A stretch of DNA of 62,854 nucleotides, the filler included, from Octopus bimaculoides (taxonomy: Eukaryota), in the NCBI RefSeq assembly GCF_001194135.2. It is 7 parts of 7 records of this genome, joined end to end, with 100 filler letters (N's around TTAATTAATTAA, not from the genome) between each part and the next. Parts side by side here need not be neighbours in the genome. Positions count along the whole stretch, not along the records: positions 1 to 5,882 come from NC_068982.1; positions 5,983 to 21,540 come from NC_068994.1; 5 more parts are not named here. One strand, given 5' to 3'. Below, piece by piece: positions 1 through 13,749 of this stretch. The translations under genes and the position numbers were made by a program. The notes below the pieces were generated by a model that searched no databases, had not been told where the DNA came from, and worked only from the letters and a program-made list of their open reading frames with translations. The stretch's first letter is position 1. Each line of letters starts with the position of its first letter.

Positions 1-342
1 CATAGGTGCCCTGGGAATGACAGCGAAACGGGCTGATTACTACCTAGCTCAGATACCAGGAAACCCCAAAATGGCTGAAGTCCAAAAGATAGTGCTCATG
101 GGAACTGCCCATATCCTACGTAAAATACTGTCTATGTGATCTCAAATTTTAAAGCAAACATAATTTTCTTATGGTTTCTTAAACATTCACTTGAACAAAA
201 CTGTACAAATCCAAATATATGGTACCCTAGGCATAACACCTACATGAACTTCTAACTTGTTGTCTCTTGAGGTCTCTGGGTGAGACTTGGATCCAACTTG
301 TACAAATGCAAAACAAAAGTCAAACATAAAATAATAATAAAA
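1..342 (+). mobile_element. R4/Dong-clade non-LTR retrotransposon 3' end
   Basis: [45 protein letters not shown] is the R4-type restriction-like endonuclease C-terminus; followed by 3' UTR and an ataataataa tail. Confidence 0.8.
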
Positions 343-1690
343 GCATGAAAGATAAGATCAAAAAGGAATGTTACAGGAGAGTTCGAACAGTCCAAAAATC
401 CGAGTTAAATCCACGTAGTAATGTGTTAGTTATAAATTCCATAACTGTTCCGGTTGTTATCTACAGTTTCTTCGTGAACTGAAATATGAACGAAATAAGT
501 AAGATTGGCAGGAAAATCTGTAAGCTGCTGACTTGCAGTAGGATGCACTATCCAAAGGGAAAACCCAGATCGTCTTTACCTACCAAGAGCTCAGGTTGGT
601 AGAGGCTTGATCCAATTTGAAATTTCCTCCAAAACCACTACTATTGAACTGGAATAAATCTTGCAACATCTAACGACTGTACGCTAAAGCTCGTTGAAAA
701 CCACAAGAGGCGTAAGAAGTTTCATTCTGTCATGAAGGAGAACAAAAAATTTGTAAGTGAGTTTATGCATAATAGCAAAGCAGAACAGCATGCTGGAAGT
801 GCCGCAACTGTTGCTGGAAAGAAGGTGAAATGAATAGCAAAGCAAAATTCACTTGAACAATTTGGCTGACCGGTAGGAACAAAAACCTCTGATTGACAAA
901 TACATGGCTCGCAGCATACAAGCTGATATAGGCTAGAAGCACACCCATGAGTGGCTACGGAGCTCAGGGCTAAACGCAGAGAGTGAAGGCTTTATCTTGG
1001 CTGCTCAAGATCACAGCTTATTGACTTGGAACTATCAAACTACGGTGATGATACATGAAGTAGACTCAAAGTGCCGATACAGCAACGATGGGATTGAAAC
1101 AGTGGACCACTTAATCTCTGTATGTAAGGTTTTTTTCACCAGTAGAATACAAATCAAGACACGACAGAGTTGGCCAATATCTACAGTGGATAATATGTCG
1201 GCATTATACGTTCAAAACTGCTAACAAATGGTACAAGCACCACCCTGAAAGAGAAAATATAACGATTCTTTCAGACTTTCCAGTAAGTACAGACTGGACC
1301 ATCAAAACAAATAAACCAGATTTTTTTTGTGAAAGACCGAAATAATAAAGTCTGTTTATTGATTGACCTGAGCATACCCTGTGAACATAATATCTCGGCA
1401 AAAAAATTTGATAGGCTCAGAAAATATAAAATTTTTCTAATCGAAATCGAAAAGATGTGGCATCTCAAGACGGTTACAATACCAGTGATTGTAGGAACTC
1501 TTGCAATGATCGAAAACGGAACTGAAAATTATTTAAGAATGATCCCAGTCTTATCATTCATGCAAGAATTGCAAAAGAATATCTTAACTGGTACGTCACA
1601 CGTATTGAGAAGAGTATTGTCGCTGTAAATTTTTCCATTCAATTTCTTTGTTTCTTTTTTTTTTCTTTTTCTTCTCTGCCTTTCTTCCAT
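343..1690 (+). mobile_element. Decayed 5'-truncated R4/Dong-clade LINE (RT thumb, CCHC, REL endonuclease)
   Basis: DRLYLPRAQVGRGLIQ; MAAQD...KCR...ETVDHLISVC; PDFFVKDRNNKVCLLIDLSIPCE...EKMWHLKTVTIPVIVGTL...GTSHVLRRVLSL; frameshifts and stops. Confidence 0.85.
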
Positions 1691-1764
1691 TTTTCTCTAT
1701 GACACACTTTGTAAATGAACAATCCAGTGTGTTTATTTTAATGGCCTTCCATTGAAAGAAGATG

Positions 1765-1872
1765 ATAATGAAACCAAGAAGATGATAATGAAATCAAGAA
1801 GAAGAAGAAGAAGAAGAAGAAGAAGAAGAAGAAGAAGAAGAAGAAGAAGAAGAAGAAGAAGAAGAAGAAGAA
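1765..1872 (+). repeat. (GAA)n microsatellite
   Basis: Over 25 GAA units read directly. Confidence 0.95.
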
Positions 1873-2537
1873 AATGGATAAACAAAATTTGGGTACAACG
1901 GAGCTAGATAGTCAGCAATTTTCGATGGAATAAAACACTTGAAGGTGACATCAGAAAATCGCAAAAAGAGAGTGGTAAATGCAAGTACATGTTGAGGGTA
2001 CGATATAACGATAAGTTTATGAATGCACTAGAGAATGTAAACAAGGCGTCTGTAAGGAGCGATTATTACATAATTTTCCGTTGAATAATAATGTAGCAAA
2101 CGGGATTTTATATATCGTTAATTTGCATCATGGACATACTGAACACGAACTACTCTCTCTCCTCAGTAGGATCGTGAGTGAAATATGAGACTATTATGCT
2201 CAATTGACGCTTAAACCGAAGCATTCTTTACAACACCTGAGATTTATGCTAATACTGCATACACACACACATACACACACACAATCACACTCACACAGGT
2301 GTGTGTGTGTTTGCGTGCGTGTGTTAAATAAAATGAGGCAACAAAGCCAAGCCTGCTGTTATAAAGAGAAACTTTGGTTTTGTTGCATGATTTTATTTAC
2401 CATATACATGCTTACAGAAGACCCACATTAGATTCCACACTCGTATCATAATCAAACCGAGAGTTTAATTACGGTCCTTCCATAGCAATTACATAGCGTT
2501 ACCTGCAACCTTGTGTCTTCTGGATACCAAGATCTCT

Positions 2538-2568
<31 letters not shown>

Positions 2569-3412
2569 GTATATATATATATATATATATAATCATAAAT
2601 ATACAGGGATTAGCTTGAGTTGCTTCTCCAACATACTGAAAATTTAGAAATAGCAGTCAAAGAACTACTGATTCGAAACTACAAATGTTTTCTCTAATGG
2701 ATGGCGATATTTATGGCACACACAGAACAAAAAAAAACAGAAGAGAAAAGCAAAATCAAACCTGCCTTTAGTTAATTGGATACGACGTTTCACGGTTAAG
2801 AGTATGAAGCTACTCTATTCCGTTCTTCAGCCCAATATTCTGATAAATTTGAAAGTGTCTCNNNNNNNNNNNNNNNNNNNNNNNNNNNNNNNNNNNNNNN
2901 NNNNNNNNNNNNNNNNNNNNNNNNNNNNNNNNNNNNNNNNNNNNNNNNNNNNNNNNNNNNNNNNNNNNNNNNNNNNNNNNNNNNNNNNNNNNNNNNNNNN
3001 NNNNNNNNNNNNNNNNNNNNNNNNNNNNNNNNNNNNNNNNNNNNNNNNNNNNNNNNNNNNNNNNNNNNNNNNNNNNNNNNNNNNNNNNNNNNNNNNNNNN
3101 NNNNNNNNNNNNNNNNNNNNNNNNNNNNNNNNNNNNNNNNNNNNNNNNNNNNNNNNNNNNNNNNNNNNNNNNNNNNNNNNNNNNNNNNNNNNNNNNNNNN
3201 NNNNNNNNNNNNNNNNNNNNNNNNNNNNNNNNNNNNNNNNNNNNNNNNNNNNNNNNNNNNNNNNNNNNNNNNNNNNNNNNNNNNNNNNNNNNNNNNNNNN
3301 NNNNNNNNNNNNNNNNNNNNNNNNNNNNNNNNNNTATATATATATATATATATGCATATAAGTTTCCTACCATGATTTAATAAGCGGTTTTACTTACAAT
3401 TCTGTAAATAAT

Positions 3413-3466
<54 letters not shown>

Positions 3467-3907
3467 CACGTATATATATATAAATATATATATATATATA
3501 AGTGTGTGTGTGTGTGTACGTATATATATATATGTGTATGTATGTATGTATGTATGTATATATATATAAAGTCCGGATTCAAGTGCATCAGGTCCTTCAA
3601 TATTATATTTCTCTGATATGTATCCCGTAACACAATATTTGAAGAACAAATACGCGCTTATTCAAGCAAACACGGAATAATAGTCCTTCTATGCGTACAA
3701 TCACTAACAGCCGACAGAAAATTCAAGGAGTCTCAAGGCGGAACATGTGTTCAAACACTGCATGTACTGCACTCAATAAACTCGAGATCTAAAGAAAATT
3801 CCATATAAATGTTTATGATAAACGAATAAAAACATATGGACTGTAGTTCACTATATATATATATAGATAGATAGATGGATATTTCCATACATGAGTATGT
3901 GTGTGTG

Positions 3908-3956
<49 letters not shown>

Positions 3957-4571
3957 TATATATATATATATATATATNNNNNNNNNNNNNNNNNNNNNNN
4001 NNNNNNNNNNNNNNNNNNNNNNNNNNNNNNNNNNNNNNNNNNNNNNNNNNNNNNNNNNNNNNNNNNNNNNNNNNNNNNNNNNNNNNNNNNNNNNNNNNNN
4101 NNNNNNNNNNNNNNNNNNNNNNNNNNNNNNNNNNNNNNNNNNNNNNNNNNNNNNNNNNNNNNNNNNNNNNNNNNNNNNNNNNNNNNNNNNNNNNNNNNNN
4201 NNNNNNNNNNNNNNNNNNNNNNNNNNNNNNNNNNNNNNNNNNNNNNNNNNNNNNNNNNNNNNNNNNNNNNNNNNNNNNNNNNNNNNNNNNNNNNNNNNNN
4301 NNNNNNNNNNNNNNNNNNNNNNNNNNNNNNNNNNNNNNNNNNNNNNNNNNNNNNNNNNNNNNNNNNNNNNNNNNNNNNNNNNNNNNNNNNNNNNNNNNNN
4401 NNNNNNNNNNNNNNNNNNNNNNNNNNNNNNNNNNNNNNNNNNNNNNNNNNNNNNNNNNNNNNNNNNNNNNNNNNNNNNNNNNNNNNNNNNNNNNNNNNNN
4501 NNNNNNNNNNNNNNNNNNNNNNNNNNNNNNNNNNNNNNNNNNNNNNNNNNNNNNNNNNNNNNNNNNNNNNN

Positions 4572-4640
<69 letters not shown>

Positions 4641-5882
4641 ATATATATGTATGTATATGTATGTGTATTTATAAATATATATATATACATATATGTAGAC
4701 CTATATATATTGTGTTTATGTATAAATACACACACGCGCGCACATATATATACATACACACACGCATATATATCTATATATGCATATATATTGATGTACA
4801 CCATCTGACTTAATGGATATATTTATCAAACAAATAACTAAATATAAGAGGTTAAATGCCTCAACATTGATTAAGGAGAACGTTTTGTTGAATTTAATTT
4901 TGTTAAACACGAAATATATTCCGATTGGCATTTACTTTCTATACATCTTTTATTTAATTGTTTTTCTTAGTAAAGGTGCAGCGTATGTTTAAATCTATTT
5001 TTCAAACTTAGTTTCAAACATTTATTTTTAAAATTTGTGAAACAAAGATTTTAGATACACCAACATTTACAGCGAGCAATAGCAGCTGGTAGCATCACAG
5101 CATCTTGTGACCGGTAATGAAGCCAATTTTTGCTTTTTATTTTATGTATTTCACGTTGGATATGATTATAAGGAAGTGCTCGGTAGACAAGGACTGTTGA
5201 TGCCTTCCCAGTGAATGAACTTAAGCCGACCACCGATCAGAATGTCAGATAAATCCTCACGTGTTAAATAATCTGAATACAGAGAGTCAGGCATGTCTTT
5301 CTGACGGTACAAGCTTTGGATATGTGTATACTCAGAAGGGTTTCTATGTTACTTTGGTTCACTGGTCTGTGGCAGAAACTCTGCCGTAAGAATGTCATCA
5401 CTTCTTAAAACCAACGAAGTGCGAAATGAAAAATATAAAAATATATTTAGAACCTTGGAGAGAAAACAACCTTAATATTGAGAGGAAAAATTAATGTAGT
5501 CATTCCTTCTATAAGCAGTAGGAATAACTTACATTTTCGAACAGATTTAACTTATACACATTACGGCAGAGGCTCTTCATATTGATTTGGGACATGGTTA
5601 CAACATTAATAAGTTTCATTGTATGCAGTCCATTATCCAAGAAATATAACTTTAATATCTTCACTAAAACTGTTTTATTTTCAAGAAATTTTAAATAGAA
5701 ATCAAGTAAAACACAAACATAAATTAACCGACTCCATCCACCTATTGACGTGCATGTATAATATACTTAATGTATTTTCAAATTATTACCATACTGTAGA
5801 TAAAATTATATGCAAATGTGTGTGTGTGTAAGTATCGGTAAGTTCAGATATATGCATATATATATATATATATATATATATA

Positions 5883-5982
5883 NNNNNNNNNNNNNNNNNN
5901 NNNNNNNNNNNNNNNNNNNNNNNNNNTTAATTAATTAANNNNNNNNNNNNNNNNNNNNNNNNNNNNNNNNNNNNNNNNNNNN
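5883..5982. other. Artificial 100-nt assembly linker N44-TTAATTAATTAA-N44 (also 21541-21640, 35007-35106, 46361-46460, 56249-56348, 58624-58723)
   Basis: Six identical copies; the self-complementary 12-mer gives stop codons in all six frames. Confidence 0.95.
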
Positions 5983-6017
<35 letters not shown>

Positions 6018-6019
6018 TA

Positions 6020-6061
<42 letters not shown>

Positions 6062-6189
6062 ATATAATTCTCTAAATTATATATGTATATAAATATATCA
6101 TTACCATAATCTTCATTGTCATCATCACCATCATCATCATTGTCATCGTCAAAATCTCATATATTCTGCCCATCTTTTATCACTTTCAG

Positions 6190-6310
6190 TCACATCAAAA
6201 ATTCAGACTTTACAAGACTACCAAAATCGCATTAGGAATGACATGCTGCCTGAACAAAGCGGAGTGGATATAGTTAACACTTTGAAGTACTTTTCACAGA
6301 CATTACTTAG
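6190..6310 (+). CDS. unc-79: unc-79 exon ([40 protein letters not shown])
   Basis: Acceptor cactttcag, donor gtaagt; conserved [12 protein letters not shown] motif. Confidence 0.92.
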
Positions 6311-8167
6311 GTAAGTCATGGTCTTTTTGGGGGTTTTGTTTTGAGCCAAAATATATTTTATATTAAAAATATGTTTTATATTATGTCACAGTAAAGTAGT
6401 TAGTTTTCTGTTGACCTGTACTCGTTTCAGTCATTAAGCTGTGGCCATGCTGGGGCACAACTCTTGTTGGCTTTAAGGTAAGAGAGAAGGGTTAAGCTGG
6501 AAGCCAGGAGGAGCAGTGACTTGGCCACTTCTGCTGATCCACCAATGCGTGGGTGGTTATGGTTCAGGGCAGGGGTTTTCAAACTTTTTGACTTGTGGAC
6601 CCCTTTATATTTCAGACTTTACCTTAGGGATCCCTTTATAAACGCTTATGAAATTTATACATAAATATTTGCTTAAAATAACATATTTTTTTTACAGTTA
6701 TTCATTTAACAGTATTTAACAAATAGGTTTATTGTCAATTAAAAGATTTCGATTAAAAAACATATATAGAATCAAATTGCCCATAAAAAGTATTTGCTGT
6801 CTATGGACCCCCTGTCTTGTCCTTGCGGACCCCCTGTCTTGTCCTTGCAGACCCCCTGTCTTGTCCTTGTGGACCCCCTGTGGTCTGTGGACCACAGTTT
6901 GAAAACCCCTGGTTCAGGGTTCAAACACCTGATAAATATTGGATACCATCTGATGACATCAGTTCCTCCTGGCCAAGGCTCCATTGACATTGGTGAATGG
7001 AAAAGCACCTCCTTATAGGTGCTATTAACATAATCTTTATCTAAGAATCTGCTAAGCCATGTTCCAAACATTTATATCTACCCCTACATTGTCATTTTAA
7101 AAATAAACAATTACGTCATCAAAATCTTAAAGACCCGCTTCAGTCATGAAAGACCATGGGATTGCATCTAGAAAGTTACCCGGGCAAGGTTGTTTATGGA
7201 AGACCAGCAGTTGCCCATGCATACCAGCCTCCCCTCTCCATGCCACTGATGCTTATCCAAGGCAAAGGCAATGGCTGATACAGCTTGGAACCAGTGACAT
7301 CACAACTCATTTCTACAGCTGAGTGAACTGAAATAACGTAAAATAAAGTGTCTTGCTCAAGAACACAACACGCATTCCAGTCCGGGAATTGAACTCACAA
7401 CCTCATGATTGTAAGCCCGCTGCTCTAACCACTGAGCCATGTGCCTTCACATTTAACTGGATAACTTGAATCCTGAAAGGTTAGGTATCTTTGTAATGGC
7501 AGGGACCTCTAGTCTGGTTGTATTCGTATGATAGACATATCTCTGTTCTCATTCTGTTTTTCATCTAAATATTTATATCTATAGAATCACATTTACTGGA
7601 TCACGTCTTGGATTATTATTGTTTGTCATTGTTGCCAAAATAAAATTGAAGACATCAATCTCATCTTACCACATCTAATCTCCTTTCATCTAATTCCACC
7701 TTACTTTATCCAATTCATTTTCATCTCATCTCAGTCTCATCTAATCTCATTTCAACTCATTTTACTCCATCTCATTTCATCTAATCTCAGCTACTTTTGT
7801 CTTATCTAATTTCACTTCACCTCAGTGTCATCTTATTTCATCTCATTTCATGTCATTTCCTCTCATTTTTATCTCATCTCATTTCATTGGATTTCATTTC
7901 GTCTCACTTCATCTCATCTCTCAAATCATCTCATCTCTTCTCACTTTACTGATTTACCTCCCTTCTCCAACAGTGTACTTAAAGACGTTCCTGATATCCC
8001 GTCTGATAGCTATGGCCCGCGTCAAAGAGACAGTGTCCGCTTGTCTGTCTTCCCAAATTTGAACTACTCTGGTTTGTATGAAGCAGTTCTGAACATCATT
8101 GATATAGTTCCTCAGCTGCTTGTCAAACAACACGGTAAGTATATGTGTATATGTATGTTTGTGTGTG

Positions 8168-8211
<44 letters not shown>

Positions 8212-11210
8212 GCAGTTTATCAATTTTCTGTGGGCAAATCTATAGATGTATGTGTGTGCATATGTGTTATGCGACTCAATTGTTTATGAAACAACATTGT
8301 ATGCTTCTGTGAGGGCAATTATAAGTGTGTGTGAGTGTGTGTGTGTGAATCTTTTACTTGTTTCAGTCATTAGACTACAGCCATGCTGGAGCACCACCTC
8401 GAGTGTTTTTAATCAAGCAAATCAACCCCTGTAGTTTTTTTTTTTTTTCAAGCCTGGTACTTATTCTATCGATCTCTTTTTGCATAACCACTTTTTGATA
8501 TGGATGTAAGCAAACCAACACCAGTTATCAAGCAGTGGTGGGAGACAAACACAGGCACAAAGACACCACACATAGATATATATACAGAGGTGGCACTCCA
8601 TCGCTTACAACGGCGAGAGTTCCAGTTGATCCGATCAACGGAACAGCCTGCTCGTGAAATTAACGTGCAAGTGGCTGAGCATTCCACAGACACGTGTACC
8701 CTTAACGTAGTTCTCGGGGGATATTCAGCGTGACACAGTGTGACAAGGCTGACCCTTTGAATTACAGGCACAACAGAAACAGGAAGTAAGAGTGAGAGAA
8801 AGTTGTGGTGAAAGAGTACAGCAGGGTTCGCCACCATCCCCTGCCGGAGCCTCGTGGAGCTTTTAGGTGTTTTCGCTCAATAAACACTCACAACGCCCGG
8901 TCTGGGAATCGAAACCGTGATCCTATGACCGCAAGTCTGCTGCCCTAACCACTGGGCCATTGCGCCTCCACATATATACAGATATATACACATTATTTAT
9001 TTATTATTATTTCTCTACTTTCTGTTATATATCTGTCGTGTCCTTTAATGTGGTAGTATCTACCTTTGGTGTAAACCCTAACCTGTTTCTATAATTCTTG
9101 CTTTTGTTTTTGTGTGCTGTAAATCGCCCTTCAACATTGTCCTCCATATCCTGGGCCCTTGTGGCCAATAAAAGAAATCATTATTATTATTATCATTCAG
9201 TAGTTTTATTTTTATAACGTGCTTTCACTTCACTACCGAGGGCAGCTCTGTGTGCCTTGGGTATGTGCTGTGGTTTGCTGTGATGCTCTTATGGTTACTG
9301 TATTGAAAGTGTTTTACGTAGGATGTGTGCAGTGCCCAGTAGTGCAATTTTCTGTATGTTATATATATTTGTAAGTCCTGGTGTTTTTGTTATGTATTTG
9401 TCTGAATATTTTTTTATTATACCTAAGGCACATATTATGATAGGAATTGTTTCTGTATTTAGATTCCACATTTGAGTTACCTCTATTTCCAGGTCTTTGT
9501 ATTTTGGAAGTCTCTCTTATTATTATTATTATAATTATTAGAACAGAAATAAATTTATTTCTCAAACAATTGATAATGCTATAAATAGCATGATCAGGAT
9601 AAATTATCCATTTATTGCAGAAAAATACACTACTGGCCAGCCATGAGACTCGAACTCACATCTCTGTGATTGCGCGTCAAGTGTTTTACCATTAAACTAA
9701 ACTGCCCAGCAACGAATTCTTCTGTAATTTTAGAACTTATAAATTTAGCTTCATAAGACGCTAACGTTAAATTCAACTTTACGATGAAAGTAAACAAACA
9801 AAGTTTGTTGAATTTAACGTTAGCGTCTTATGAAACTAAATTTATAAGTTCTAAAATTGCAGAAGAATTCGTTGCTGAGCAGTTTAGTTTAATGGTAAAA
9901 CACTTGACGCGCAATCACAGAGATGTGAGTTCGAGTCTCATGGCTGGCCAGTAGCGTATTTTTCTGCAATAAATGGATAATTTATCCTGATGACGCTATT
10001 TAAAGCGTTATCACGCGTTTGAGAAATAAATTTATTTCTGTTCTGACAATACATCTCAATGCTTCTAAAAAAGAACAAACAAAGTTTGTTTACTTTCATC
10101 GTAATTATAATTATTATTATTATTATTGTTATCATTATTATTATTAGCTACTACAACTTATATCACTTTTAATGTCATATTCTCCCAGATCTTGGTGAAG
10201 CAATATCGAATGTTCTTGGATGTTTGGTGCCATTTCTAGAGCATGAGTTGCTCAATGCCCTTCCCTACACTGTAGCATCGACTCTGGCAATTTTCCCGCC
10301 TTCTTTACACAAAGATACAATTGACCTCCTCTGCAGCAGTCTTCTTCCTATGACATTGGGTAAGTCAGGATTAACATGTTTTTCTTGTTTATAGCTGTCT
10401 ATATCTTTTATCTGTTTCAGTCATTAGACTGTGGCCATGCATGTATACATATATATGCATGTATACATATATATGCATGTATATACATGACCAGTTCATT
10501 TACCCATCCAAACACCATGTGCTATAGAGTCAAAATACCACCACAGTAAATATAATGATACAGTGAATATATATATATAAATTCCTATATTAATAAGGAT
10601 GAGATCATTATTTAAATAACGATCAAATCAATTGGCAGCATGGGAAGAAAAAACCTTATAGGTTATAATTAGTATTAAAATCATAAATAAGGGTATCTAA
10701 GAGATACCACCATGCTTGAAATAGCAGTCAAAACCTGACTCTAAAACTACATCATGTATTCAATACAGCACAAAGTGAAAAGACAAATAGATAAATAAAC
10801 TGGTGAAAATTGGATAATTCCAGACCCTGGGTTTCTGGCTCATTTTATAAAAATATTTTGCCTTCGCCAATGAAATATACCAAGAATTGTACATAATTAC
10901 ATATATGCATATATGCTTGTATAGATACACACAATGCACACATATATATGTATGTATATTTATGAAATATTTGTAGGCACTTTTGGTCATGATGAACCCA
11001 CGTATGCAAGTGAATCAGCAGCTGCTATCATTACGATAGTCTTCCAACACACTGAAACTAGCAGTAAGTCTTCCCTTTTGCCTTGTTGCTCTTCTTTACA
11101 GTTTTCTGTTGTTTTACTTTTGTTCAAACTTGAATTTTATTGTTTTATTTTTTAAAATGCTTTCACACAACATACTTGAACATTTGTGCTGATATATATA
11201 TATATATATA

Positions 11211-11255
<45 letters not shown>

Positions 11256-13424
11256 TCATCATCATCATCATCATCAGTGTTTAACGTCCGCTTTCCATGC
11301 TAGCATGGGTTGGACGATTTGACTGAGGACTGGCAAACCAGATGGCTGCACCAGGCTCCAATCTGATCTGGCAGAGTTTCTACAGCTGGATGCCCTTCCT
11401 AATGCCAACCACCCTACAGAGCAGACTGAGTGCGTTTTACATGAGTGGGACAGTTTGATAGGAGCTGGCCAGGAAGAAGCCTGCACCAGACTTCTGTGTC
11501 TGTTCTGGCAGGATTTTTACAGCTGAACGCCCTTCCTAACACCAACCACCCTATAGAGCAGACTGAGTGCATTTTACATGCCACAAGCACAGGTGTGGTC
11601 AGTTTTGGCAAGGTTTGTAAAGCTGGATTGCAGGTCTGGATTCAGTCTAGAATGTTTTTAATTTACTCATGGAGTCAGCCTGATTCCAAATGGTATGATA
11701 TGTTGGGCTACAGCCCCAAGGAGTAAAATTGAATAAGTGTGACACACTGAGACACTGACATGCACATTTATTATGTTAGATACGTTTAATTTTAAGGAAA
11801 CTATATTTCAATTAAAGTGTATTTTATAAATATATATGTGCCCCATCTGCAAGGTCATGCACTGTTCATCTTGATATGAGATTACAATGTTGTGCTCATA
11901 TGGTTTGTGATGCATGTGCCCAGTGTACCCTTATCACATGGGTAGTCACATGGGTATCTTGGGCTTCATATATTTGTATCTGCTCTTTCACTTAATGATC
12001 CTTTCTACTATGGGCACAAGGCCTGAAATTTGGGGAGGAGGGGGTCAGTCAATTACATTGATCCCATTATTTTATTGACCCTGAAAGGATGGGAGGCAAA
12101 GTCAACCTTGGCAACAATTGAACTTAGAACATAATAATGGATGAAATACCACCGTGCATCATCCAGCCTGCTTAATGATTTTCCCAGTTTGCCACCTTAA
12201 TGTTAAATATGATGATGATGATTGATGATCATGACTGATGATTGATGATCATGATGATTGATGATCATGGTGATTGGTGATGATGATGATTGATGATGAT
12301 CCTGATGATTGATGATCATGATCATGATGATGGTGATGACGATGATAATCCTTTCTACTAAAGGCACAAGGCCGGTAATTTTGAGGGGAAGGGGATTGGT
12401 TGATTATATATAGGTCCCAGTATTGACTGGGATCTGTGTAATCAACATTAATCATTATAATTTTTTTCTTTATTATTACCACAAAAATACTAGTTGAGGG
12501 GACATTATGGTGACTGGTAACAAACTGTAAAAGATTTGTATTTATGGTTTTTATGTGCTTATATGTTATTTTCATTTTTAATATTTCTTTCTAATCTAGT
12601 GTTTCATTCTCAAATTCTGGAATTCTTTATGAGTATGAAAAGAGAAGTAGTTAAGGTGAGTATAATTCAGATAATTAACTCTACTGTTTTTCATAACTAA
12701 TATGTACCACTCCCTACCTGTCACTATGCTGCCGAATAACAATCTAGTCAAGATGAAATAGAGCCTTCAGCAGAAGCATACTACAATGGTCACATTGATA
12801 TGATCAACAACAACCTGTTTGTTTTTTTCTTGAAAGAAATTTTAATTCTATTTTTCACACACTGTCTCTCTCTCTCTCTCTTTCACTGTGTTTCTCTGCC
12901 AGCAGCAATAACAACCTGTCATTTATAGTAAAAGTCTTTTTTTAAAGTCTGCATTGCATTGTCTATATAGATGCATATCTGGGTACATGACGTTGCAAAA
13001 GAACATGGACAAAATGATAAACAAGGTACAAAAAACATGCAGGCCACATAGAGAACATATCCTTCATCAGCTGCCACCATTAAAACACTGGTGTTTCGAA
13101 GAGTTATATATATATATGTATATATATATATGTATTTGTGTATATATATATATATGTATATGTGTATATGTATATATATATGTATATGTATGTATATATG
13201 TATATATATATGTGTGTGTGTATATATATATATGTATATATATGTGTGTGTGTATATATATATATGTATATATATGTGTGTGTGTATATATATATATATG
13301 TATATATATGTGTGTGTGTATATATATATATGTATATATATGTGTGTGTATATATATGTATATATATGTATGTGTATATATATGTATGTGTATATATATA
13401 TATGTGTGTATGTATATATATGTA

Positions 13425-13462
<38 letters not shown>

Positions 13463-13706
13463 CTGCCACGCCTATTGGAGTAATTTCCCTTTATTTAACG
13501 GTTTTTACATAGCATTTTTATTTGTCTTAATAACTAATGAGATGCCGGAGCAGACTTCAGCCCCGGCATCCGAAACTCTGAGTTTTATTATGGCAACCAA
13601 CTCATTGTCACATATTATATTTATAGATAAATTCCTCCATTCACATAATTTCGAGGTCTCATTCATTCTTCTGTTGTCATATTATTATTAATAATAATAA
13701 TAATGT

Positions 13707-13749
<43 letters not shown>

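Noticed and set aside
2804-4813. Long ORFs of 176-317 aa in the track
   Set aside because: They run through N gaps and (TA)/(CA) microsatellites; not coding evidence.
5346-5385. Possible unc-79 first exon ATG...CTCTGCC|gtaaga, phase-compatible with exon 6190
   Set aside because: The peptide MLLWFTGLWQKLC does not resemble the UNC79 start, and it lies across an artificial linker.
9878-9950. Functional tRNA gene
   Set aside because: The anticodon stem has only 3 pairs, there is no U33 and the acceptor stem is mismatched; treated as a tRNA-derived cassette within a MITE.
12954-13691. 245-aa ORF rich in Y/I/C/V
   Set aside because: Translation of a compound TA/TG microsatellite.
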